DNA from: Phoronis australis
Lineage: Eukaryota; Animalia; Phoronida
Assembly: GCA_002633005.1 (NCBI GenBank)
Contig: NMRA01000578.1
Location: 203,408 to 267,407 of the forward strand
Reading direction: 5' to 3'
DNA: 64,000 bases
The notes beneath the pieces were generated by a model. The model was not told where the DNA came from. It ran no database searches and saw only the letters and a program-made list of their open reading frames with translations. Of this stretch, positions 11,353 to 21,135 are shown one piece after another. The position numbers and the translations under genes were made by a program. Position 1 is the first letter of the stretch; every line of letters begins with the position of its first letter.

Positions 11353-14300
11353 TTATATGTCACGTCGTCCTTTTCGGAGCCGATATCGTCGGCATCGATT
11401 AAACCTTTGTGGTGGGCAACTCTTGCAGATTTTAAGACTATATCTCAGCCATCCTGTAAGTATAAAGTAGAACAAACAAAGTTTATCAATATTTCACCTT
11501 GGTCATGTAGTAGGAACCCAATCTTTTGCTCAATATGCTGTATGGACATATACTCTACAGCATTCAGAGGGACTGATTTCGTTTTTCTCCCAATATATTT
11601 GCTCTACGGAACGCAGTAACGCGGCATCGTACACTCGTGAATTCATCGTTTATCGTGATTTCTCACACGAAAGTGTTTGGTGAATATGTAAAAAAGGATT
11701 TTAATAGAAAATCAAAAAATATTTGCTTTCATTTGAAAGGTGGTGAACTGTTTGAGCATGTTAAAATCAAATTTTAAAACACTTTTCTTTCTTATAAGTA
11801 AGAGTTATAAGTTTTCTTACGTTCCATGTATTTGTGTATAATAATTGTATATAGATTTCTTTGTATGCATTTAACCCAGACACAATGCCTCTTGGCGCTT
11901 TCTGGGTATGTATATTTATTGTACTGAATATTTCATAATAAACATTTAAAAAACATGACATTAGTTGGTGACATTGCGTGAACTGTAGATAATAAGTCTA
12001 AAAAGAACCCTGTCCCGACCGAGGTTCGAACCCGGACTTTCTGCTTGCAATGCAGAAAATCTCGGGTTCGAGCCCCGGTTGGGAGAGAGATTTTTTCTCA
12101 CTTAACTGTGATGTGACCAATATATGGCGTGAAAAAATAGATAAACATTTCGTATAGTTTATCAACACGCTAATTTTTTCTTCTTGGTACACTTTCCTCA
12201 CCTTATAGAGAATTGACAGCTGTTACACTAACGGCCGACCGACCAATCTTGTCGTTTCTTCATGCTGGCCATTTTTGGTTTATATTTTTAATATTTTGAT
12301 TGAGGTCGCATTTGTAATCTGATCCTTCTATATGCATGGTTAACCTGTGGCTGTTTATTTTTCCAAGAAAAGTTGTAAGCGACTTTCAGTCGTTAATACT
12401 TACTCTTATTTCCTTTCGATTTCATCGTTTGAACACGTGTCAGTATCTCGATACACAGAATGTTGAATAGGGAGTCGTGATATCAGTTATAAGTTATTGC
12501 GATCTGCCCGCGAATTTGATTCAATTAGATATCGATAACCATCAGATAGTGTTGCTACAACAAACAGTTATGTATCAGTTCAACGCATGGCTACAATTCA
12601 ATTAGACATCGATAATTATCACATAGTGTTATTACACGGTAGAGCATGCTGTTGGCGAAATAATAAATGATTAGTTGTTCCAGTTCAACGCAAGGATACA
12701 AACATCAAAATGATTGCAAGTATTTCTATATCTCAATAACGCAGTACCGATAACCATGACTACTGGCTGCAGAACACTTACCAGCAAAATGGAACGCTTG
12801 TCACTGGAGAGAGCCTTAGTCACTGTCCACAAAACAATTACCGGTTACTGTAGGAACTCGTGGGACGCGCAACGAACCCTATGGTGCATGGTAAATTCGT
12901 GTAGTTAAATTTCAGCTTTTACCGTGAGAGTTCCTTGCGCTTGGTAAGAGTTTTTTCGGTGACTGGTAAGTATTTTGTAAAGGGTGGTAAGAGCTTCCCT
13001 TCATGTCCGTGTCATATGCTGTGCGGCACAAAGTCATTAGAGGTTTGAATACCATCCCCGTGGCAAATCAAGGTTTTGACACATCAAGAAGAGAAATAAA
13101 TTCTCCGCCGTGAAATCACTACTCACCTGGAAAACGACGTCTAGTTGTCGGATGACACAGCCACACGACAAACTTAGTGCATTTGACGCAATACTTCGCC
13201 ATGTTTAGTTTGGTAGGGCCTGTTAATTAAGATAATTCGGCAACATTTGACTATGTTTTGACCCTTTGACAAAACAACAACTTATTACCACTCGTCCATT
13301 GTAGTTACCTGCCGAAAAGACTTCAAAAATTTTAACACAGCCAGTTTTATAGACTATAAAATAAATATCTTGAAGACCACTCGTTGTGTAACTTCAATAG
13401 ATGAGTCTTTATAAGTTGTTGAAGATTGACTCCAAACTCCATTCACAAAAGTACTATACTTTTTAGAGTCCCGTTTAAAAAAGGCACTTAACTGTTTTTT
13501 CTACGTAGAATTTATTTACATTACAGAGTTTAAAAATAAAAAATTGAATGTGTTTATACATTCATAGAAAACAAGTTTTACAACTGAAAAGTATATTCTG
13601 AAAAACACTAATCCTAGACCAGCTGATCTCTGAATACCAACGGAGTATATCTCCGCTGATTAAACGTAGTAACTCAGTCATGTACAATTGTTCGTTTTTA
13701 GATGAACAATTAAATTTAAAAATCTCAGGGCAACGTGGGAATGTACTTTATGTTGTTAACTTGCAATATTTGGAGAATAAAACAGCTTATTATTTAAAAT
13801 GACTTATTTTTATTAAAATGACAAAGGCAAAAATGAAGTTTGGGCCTCAAAAGAGAGGCGTCCAATATTAATATAGGTGGCCTCGTTTTTGAGGCTCGAA
13901 ATACAATTTTGCCTATGTCGTTTTAATAAGAATACGTCATGTTAAATAATAAGCTGTTTTAAATGTTTTTTATAAAAATGGTTGTTTTGCAAGAATTGTG
14001 ATATGGAAACAAAAACTTAGTCACATGGGGCACATGTTTGAAGATGACAAATAAATTGTGACCTCAGTTTTAACATGGCGAATATTAGAGAAAACTGCGC
14101 TGAACTGTGCCTAAACTAAAAAAGTAGCAAACTTAATGATTGTTAGACAACTTTCAATTGAGCTAATCAATAACGAAAGAGCGACACCTATAATTTTGTC
14201 AATGTTTTTACGTTTTCTTGACCATAAACCACCCCAAAACCGATTGTCAACTGCCAAACAATCCTGACACTCTTTGCCCTCGCTTTCAAATCCGTCTAGT

Positions 14301-15182
14301 GCTCCTAGCTTGTCCAGAAGTTCTGCAAAAAGAGAAAAGTCGTTATAGCTTTGGCGTCTCAGTTGAACGAAAAATTATAATTTTTCGCACTTTTTAGTGT
14401 CCTAGAAGACGGATACATTTTTCTGGTTTTTGACACAGTGAATCGACATTCCCAATTTTGGCAATTTCATCATGACAGGGGTGAAGTTATTTGGTTGCCT
14501 TTGCGGCCACGTCCTCTGCTACCAACTTATTTTAATTTGAAGTTGGCTTTCCTCTAACTCCAACTTGTTGTTGTATCTATATAAAAATTGCCAAAAGCCA
14601 ATTAATGAAAGATGTACTGCTCTCGGTATTTTACTTCACGTTCCAAAATACAATGAGACGATCAAACTTGTTCCTGAATTAACTTCAGGAAGTATGTTTT
14701 TTCAACAGTTTTACCTCGTCCAAGGAATATCAGTTTTTCCTTACTATAAGCATATGTTCTAGATGTGCTCGCTCTTTTTGATATCCAAAAATGATGCCTT
14801 CAAATATAGATTAAACACGTTAAATGCGGGTTAAAGAGCTAAAATGTCACCAAGAGTCCTAGCGTTACCATGGAATATTAGCGTGGGACTTCCTGGCTAA
14901 ATTCAGAATTTGCATAGTTGTTCTGACAGATACAAAATCAAAATAAAATAATATTCTCCACTAAATCACGCACGTCCAAATTAAAAGTTACACATTTAAC
15001 TGAAACGTGTGCCTATTGCGTTGTAAACAAAATGGCAGACAATACGAGCACGAGATCAGTTGCAAAATAACTGACTCTTACAGACAACACAATAACGACT
15101 TACCCTCTTCAGAATTTTCGTCTACAGTTCGGACATATCCATACATAGATAAACCAACAAGAATCACCAAAACTGCTTCCAT
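11353..15182 (-). CDS. Secreted cationic 6-Cys peptide precursor, copy A; join(15182..15104,13219..13127,11453..11353); 90 aa MEAVLVILVGLSMYGYVRTVDENSEEGPTKLNMAKYCVKCTKFVVWLCHPTTRRRFPGWLRYSLKICKSCPPQRFNRCRRYRLRKGRRDI
   Basis: Manual splicing gives a Kozak-like gcaccATGg start, donors G|gtaagt and CAG|gtgagt, and acceptors ttaacag| and cttacag|. Exon lengths 79+93+101=273 nt form one open frame ending in TAA. Hydrophobic N-terminus; same exon structure in copies B and D. No transcript evidence available. Confidence 0.85.
12008..12087. repeat. Hairpin made of two inverted tRNA-like 3' halves (B-box GGTTCGA.CC); paralogous copies at ~25378-25459 and ~49796-49880, right half only at ~38455
   Basis: CCCGACCGAGGTTCGAACCCGG...TGCA...TCGGGTTCGAGCCCCGGTTGGG. 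No D-arm or anticodon arm, so not a tRNA gene. Confidence 0.6.
13778..13961. mobile_element. Fully palindromic AT-rich foldback element; longer copy at ~52721-52955 in unit D, absent from B
   Basis: Ends TAAAACAGCTTATTATTT / AAATAATAAGCTGTTTTA, with pairing continuing to the centre. Confidence 0.75.
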
Positions 15183-15392
15183 GGTGCAGCCCCAAAACTA
15201 CAGCCTGTAATATCGTACAATGTTACTGTGTAGCATTTCTCACAATGGGGTGGGAGAGAGAGAGCACTAGAACTGGGAATTGGTTGAGCCACTGAAGCTC
15301 ATCAAAAAACATAATCCGTTAGCGACAAATGCTTTAGAGTGGGGCACGATGGTGTACGATCCCAGTGTTTACCCCNTTGAGTGACGGCTTAA

Positions 15393-15530
15393 CTGACCAT
15401 TTAGAACTAATCCTTCTTGACACCTTCGTTTCCGAGCCGCCATTATACCCGACAAACAACACGTTGCCGGGTAAAACTTATTTCTGTCAGTGTCGACATT
15501 ACGCAAGGGGCGGAGCTTGAGATAGGTCAA
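15393..15530. mobile_element. Short insertion private to unit A, flanked by TTAA, ends CTGACC/GGTCAA
   Basis: Empty site GGAATTAACAG in B and D. Confidence 0.55.
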
Positions 15531-15654
15531 TTAACAGCTTGGTTGACATGTCGCAACTTTACTTTAAATCAACGGTAATACATATACGTGTTTAGAAAAA
15601 GTCGGTGAATGCAACATGTATTCATAAACGAGTAAAATCAAGATGTCCACATAA

Positions 15655-16069
15655 ATGCCGTCCACACACAGACTTATCCTAGAACAAGTCACTCCTGGAA
15701 CGCTTTGACGCTAGGTTTAAGTGCTGTCTGGACGATATTTGAACTAGTGAAACTTACAACACTTGTGACAACTTATTCCGCAATATCGAGGTGGGTTAAC
15801 TTGTTCTAGGCTAACTTGTGCCACTTGTAATCTCTGTGAGGCCGCAAAAAATGGGGTAGGGCGTAATTAATTATCAGCCGTGGTTACATATACAAACGGG
15901 TTTTCTTGAGCGCACCGTACTCGCATTAGGTGTTCATTGTCATGCACAGAGCGACAACTTTCGCCTTATCCTAGTAATCAGATATGTGTGTGTGTGGACG
16001 CTCTGCTTAAATGTGGGGTAAGTTGCACTAGTGCAAGTTGTTCTAGGGTAAGCTGTGTGTGGACGGGAC
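15655..16069. mobile_element. Harbinger/PIF-like MITE (CCGTCCACAC...GTGTGGACGG); also in unit B at 32598-33141, absent from C and D
   Basis: ~30-bp TIRs; empty site CACATAGTCAT in C and D. Superfamily inferred from termini only. Confidence 0.7.
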
Positions 16070-16203
16070 TACAGCCATCAGTGCAGTCTGAGGTTTTAAT
16101 TCTGTTACACGCAAATACGAAGTCCCTCAGCCATTACTACACGAATAGAACTCTAGACCTGGGATAGATGTCTGTGCGCCAAAGACGGTAAGACGCGGTC
16201 TCA

Positions 16204-16520
16204 CAGGGGCGGATCCAGGATTTTGATTTAGGAGGGTCAGGGCACAGGAATAACCAGAATTTCGTCACATGCGCGCGCCCAGCCTAAAGTGTAGGGATGC
16301 AGGGGTCTCGAATATGTGGGTTTGTGGACCTTATTTATAAAAAAACGATAAACGGGCTTTGTTCAAGGCCTATGTATTGTGCATTGCTCCCCCCCCCCCC
16401 AGCACCCCTGGGTGCGCGCATATGTTAGTCAGCAATTCGCACCCCTAACTGCCAAATGGTTTCTGGGAGAGTTTTAGGGGGGGCATGGCCCCCTTGCCCC
16501 CACCCCCCAAATCCCCACTG
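16204..16520. mobile_element. CAGGGGCGGATCC-type MITE private to unit A, with an internal CATGCGCGC...GCGCGCATATG MITE
   Basis: Absent from B-D; a full-length relative lies at 58329-58651. Confidence 0.75.
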
Positions 16521-16837
16521 ATCTCTGGCTACACGCATGTCAGCCAACACTGACCCTTCAACAACAAATATAAGCGATGAAATGAATACAATAATCCCAT
16601 TTTATGTGAATAGAATCACCAATCAATGCAATAGTGAGGAGTTTAAAACTTCCAATTCATTCATCAAATTTTTGGAAGAAAATATTTTTTAAACATTATA
16701 TTATGGGAATTTTAGTTTAGATTACTTCTCATAGGGATTGCGCAACTGAAATAAGAATTTCGAAACTGTCAAAAAATGTCTCTGCAGCAATTTAAGAACC
16801 TAGAGCATGATATGTAAATATCTTCATGTTTGCGTAC

Positions 16838-16873
16838 CTTTCAGTCGTTCAGAGATTATCCGACTTGGCCGTC
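16838..16873 (-). other. Candidate non-coding 5' exon of the peptide gene (B 33858-33893; D 55692-55728; donor deleted in C)
   Basis: The ATG exon begins at an acceptor (ttacag| at 15205), so an upstream exon is implied. AAG|gtacg is a donor-like site conserved in the three intact copies. Confidence 0.4.
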
Positions 16874-17329
16874 CTAAATCAATGTGATAACCGGCCGGCG
16901 ACTACCGGGTTAAAAGTAAGAAGCGTGATGTTTCTGACGAGAAGTGAACCAGCACACACACACATACACACACCCACACACATATGCATATATGTAGAAT
17001 TCCGTGACGTTAATGTATTTCAAAGGAATGTGTACACTATACACAACAATGGGACGTTCGGATGTTGTGAAAAAAATGCCGCTGTACGATTGTTTTGTAT
17101 AAGTGAGTCATCGTCGCCTTCATTATTCTTGGTGGCCAACCTAGAAAAAGTAGAAAGGGACTCGTGCGTATAAAGTAGAGCCATACTCCCACTAAAGAGG
17201 AAAACAGAACATGTTAAATAGGACATCCTCACACAAAACACTATCAGAGTACAAATTTATCGGGCTGTTTGGCCCCCTGCATGAGGGAAGTCCCAGCTAG
17301 GCCCTGCGTGCCTCCTCGATGAGACACAC

Positions 17330-17418
17330 CCCTTTTTCCTCCTCCACCTTCTCATCTTCTTCATCACCATCATCGTCATCGTCATTGTCATCGTCATCGA
17401 ACTTGTCGCCTTCATCAT
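17330..17418. repeat. Degenerate (CAT/CTT/CGT)n trinucleotide tract; paralogues at ~34315-34395, ~43720-43796 and ~56180-56270
   Basis: Direct reading. Confidence 0.8.
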
Positions 17419-17446
17419 CCTATTGTCTCTGTGACTAGTAATCTAC

Positions 17447-17611
17447 TACCGTATTGCCGCCCCATTAGGCCCATGGGCGTCTGTGCGGAAATGCACTTAT
17501 ATGCAAAACTTAGGCGCATACGCCAATATGAGAAGCATTTGTATGAAAAAGGCCGCGAAAAAAAGAATTTCGGATATAAACCTATGGGCCTAAACGCGGG
17601 GCAATACGGTA
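17447..17611. mobile_element. pogo/Tc1-like MITE (TACCGTATTGCC...GGCAATACGGTA) present in all four units (~34422-34588, ~43822-43961, ~56344-56773)
   Basis: TIRs with terminal TA. The 142-aa ORF crossing it is not conserved in frame between copies. Confidence 0.7.
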
Positions 17612-18199
17612 ATACTAAATCATTGGTCAAATTTCTTGAAAATACTCCAAGAAACTCCAAAGATGCAGAAGCAAACGTAAAAATATCATTAGGACGGAGA
17701 GCGATAGTCAAAACGGGTGCGCCTATATGCAGATTAATGTATGGGCCTATGCATGACGACCTATATTACACCATTTTAAAAATTAACACTTTAAACAAGG
17801 AAATAAATGTCTGCTCTCGTTGTCGTCGTACTTTTGGGCTAAGTAATAAACGTCAGTGAGGCAAGGTCTATGAAGCATAAGTGAAATTAATAAACGCCCG
17901 GCTTCTATAAGAATCTGTACGATAAAAACAAAAATATCAGTTGATACGGAGCCTGAATTCCCAGCACACTCAAGACTTTTCGCCACAAACTAATGCGCCA
18001 GCAGTCTCTATATGTTTTGTTGTACTTTTTGCCACTTGCACAAAATTACGTGGTAAAAAGTGCTTGAATTTGGTTGGATTTCAAGATCCGTGGTTAGGTA
18101 TTAGGCCGGTGCGTGTTTTAACACTTGAATGTTTTTACAGTGTGCGGTGAGGAGGATTTTCATCCACTGAGTTATATTTTCTTCTTAACACCAAGTTAA

Positions 18200-19646
18200 A
18201 GGAAATGGCAACCTTTTGTCATGCCATTTTTAGTAAAAATACGGTTCCTTGATTCTCTCAGACATATGTTTCAGTTAATTTTATTAATTAGTCGTGACGT
18301 ACTCCGGAAGTGACGTTTAGGGGGTTAAGAATTTCCCGCCATTTTTCTGCGTGGGAGTTTACTGTGAGGATCTGTTCTACTGTTATTTTCGTGTTAGTTT
18401 TCTAAAATTGTCACCACTGCTCATTGACGAGTATTCTACAACAAGCTGGGTTGTTGGAGAACTCAAATACGTTGGGTTTAGGTATCGTTTAGTTTGTAGT
18501 AGCAAAAAAATGACTGGAGTCGGCGACCCATATCACAGACATAGTGACGTGCGTGACGGAGACAGTAGTGACGAGGAATTTTTTCACGAACAGTCAGTGG
18601 GTGGATGTTCGTTTGAGCCCGAGTATAGTGAGACAGAATACGCACTGACAGCTGCTGAGAGGGATGAGGTAGTGACTGAGGAGGGATGTCATGGTCCAAA
18701 TGCACGATGTGCACTGTTATGCCGACTTCAATGGAATGCCTACGCTATTCCCACTGGATGGTGACCTGAGCACCCAAACCGCTTACATACCACCATAACA
18801 CACGTGGCACCTTCTAAATAGCTCCAATACTTTAGTCAAGTCCACAATGAACTTATCAAAGTTTTTCTCACTAGACAACGAACTGTCCTCCTCACTGGGT
18901 GTCTAACTGGGCCTGTTTTCATTCCCACTACACAGCATCGTTGCAAGGTTGCTTACAGGCTCTGTGCTGGAGACAACACCAGCACAGAGCAAATCACTGC
19001 TAGTTCCCGGAATTGCACGCTCTGGAGTACATTCAGAGGCACGGGGGACAGTAGATGAAAGGTCTTTAGTCACTGTAGAGACCACAGCACGCGAGGCTTC
19101 TCGCTTCAAAAACGTACTTCTCGGGGGTGGCGACGAAATCAACAGCCTTGTTTTGCGGGAACCTTCATCAATTCTGCGTACACATCTCTTTCGTAATCCC
19201 ACGAAAAAAATGCTTGCCACATACTCGGTAACTCTCCACTGCTTTGTACGTTGCATGGACGGGTAACGCTGCGTTTTTCACACGAACGAGTCAAGTACAG
19301 CGGAGTGTGTCATCTTTCTGAAAGCGATGCAATTGCATACCTAGTTAATGAGGCTACTCCTGTACGCAGTAATCATGCGGCATGTTGACCGACTAGTAAA
19401 CAAATGCTAACGACGACTGAACCTACCACAACCGAGGTAAACAATGACTGACTCAGCAAGTCACACAGTCAGACTATATGAAAACAAAATGGCGAGAAAT
19501 TTTTAACCACCCTAAACGTCACTTCCCATGTAAGGCACGACTATTTAATAAATTACGGGAAGCCGTTGTTAACTGAAAAACATGTCTGGGATAACCAACG
19601 AACCGTATTTTTACTAAACATGACATGAAAAGGGTTACTTTCTCCT
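18200..19646. mobile_element. Kolobok DNA transposon, internally deleted: minus-strand THAP-transposase 5' relic and plus-strand KolX (P2X7-tail-like) 5' relic
   Basis: TTAA on both sides (18196-99, 19647-50), AGGA...TCCT termini and ~150-bp imperfect inverted ends. The minus strand from ~19383 reads MPHDYCVQE*PH*LGMQLHRFQKDDTLR...VCGKHF (THAP-like). The plus strand reads ...CSFEPEYS...C..C..MPTSMEC, the KolX motif. Confidence 0.8.
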
Positions 19647-20704
19647 TTAAGTTATTCCACACGTACTCCTGAAGGTTCCTGCATTTAAAAAGTGGAGATG
19701 TAATCAGTTAAAGGATAGTTATGGTTTAAAACTCACTCACTATATAATTTAAAGTATTTCATATCGTGTGTAAGAATATTTAACACAAACAAAAGCTACA
19801 ATCTACATTTGAAATAAATTACAACAACGATGCTATGTAACAGAGAGTGACAAGAGTCATGGGTGGAAACTATTCCATGGCTGGGAAACTAAATTCCATC
19901 TTCGATCCCCTAAACCCTACACCTAGACAATCATACACCAAACCAACGGTGTCAATCACAGACGTGTATCCCATAACAATTACTGCTAACATGGCACCGA
20001 AAATTCTCCGATATCCGGTGACCAAACTCGATACCAGGGGAGTAGATTCCTCATTAGCATTACAACAAAACTGACGGTTTTCAACCCAAGACTACGACTC
20101 GCATGCGACTACTAGGCACCAGCAGACAACGCACTCAGAATGCAAAACAATCCAGATTCCAAACATTGGAAAGAAAATGAGTGTCAATCAGACCTTTCTT
20201 TACTGACCTGAAATGTCTGAGGCGCACCTGAATTTCCATCCAAAGCTTGTCATGCCGCCAAGAAGTGGTAGATTGTAAGTCGTATTCAGTTTTCAAGCTA
20301 CGACTTTTTGAAATAGTGGTTTTGTTGACAAACCAAAAAATGTTCCAGCAAATATAATGGTTGATATCTCGTCCCCATGCTCATCTTAGCCGTGTGGTAG
20401 TACATGTTTTAGCTTTTGAAAAACTTTTCTTGGATCACTCAGTAGGCACATCTAACTAATTGTTCTCTAACATGCCAACAGAGTAAATGAAAAACGAAAA
20501 ATTAAAGCAACGGAAATTGACTCGATTTTTTTTCTAATTTTTCGATTTTGTTTTGAACGCAAAATTGATTTGATCCTTTCGTCTACATACCTTGTGGACT
20601 GAGTGCTGGTGGACTAATCGTAAGAACAAGATCGATTTCCGGTGGAGTCGCCTCTGTGTTCAGATTGCTCGTGGACCGGACTTCATGAGAATCGACTTGC
20701 TATA

Positions 20705-21135
20705 ATGTCAAAGTTAGAGCCACATAGAAGAAGGTAAAACCCACAACGAAATTTCCACAAAGTTGATACAAGATTGCGGTGTTGATAGAGGAACATCAAC
20801 AAGCAACATAAAGAAATTTTGCGCCCGATATGGAGTATCCAGGAAACTCGGAGGCGACGTTTTCATTGACGAGACTCAGAAGGCAATGAAGCAGGTAACG
20901 ATATTTTTCATTGTTAAGGTTGGGTTGAGTAAATGAAGAAGGTAATTAATTAAATTTAGTTAGGCGTCTTTCCATGTTTTCAGTTTTCGTTATTTGTATT
21001 GGATACAGGTTGGTCCCTCGTATGGAAGAAAAATGATGATGGGGTATTTTGGGCCAAAGGGATGTCGCTTAGAAAACCGCGAGTGGGCAATGTTCTGCAC
21101 CTAGTAAATGTCCGTACCACCACATGAAGCAGACG
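20705..21135 (+). pseudogene. 5' fragment of an intron-containing HTH/integrase-core (IS3EU-like) transposase gene; exons ~20705-20894 and 21009-21135
   Basis: Reads EEGKTHNEISTKLIQDCGVDRGTSTSNIKKFCARYGVSRK...AMKQ|VGPSYGRKMMMGY...RVGNVLHLVN with frameshifts across a GT-AG intron at 20895-21008. The GP.YGRKMM.GY motif is typical of these integrase-core proteins; the superfamily assignment is inference. Confidence 0.6.

Noticed and set aside
11346-11760. Alternative frame ...HYKDFIVVGDIDFEK resembling an APE endonuclease (LINE) motif, and a possible 44-nt intron upstream
   Set aside because: That frame has stops in copies A, B and D, and the upstream frames are disrupted. The phase-1 frame is open with conserved Cys in A, B and D and fits the upstream exons.
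12008-12087. tRNA gene
   Set aside because: Only T-arm/acceptor-like halves in inverted orientation; no cloverleaf.
12770-13010. Possible extra exon(s) ending at TG|gtaagt within intron 2
   Set aside because: No acceptor or open frame is conserved across copies. The region is a TTACC/GGTAAG-motif-rich repeat that produces donor-like sites on both strands.
14150-14930. Large intron-1 ORF relic as a real exon of the peptide gene
   Set aside because: The phase-1 frame after the apparent acceptor meets an early stop in copies A, B and D, and frameshifts differ between copies.
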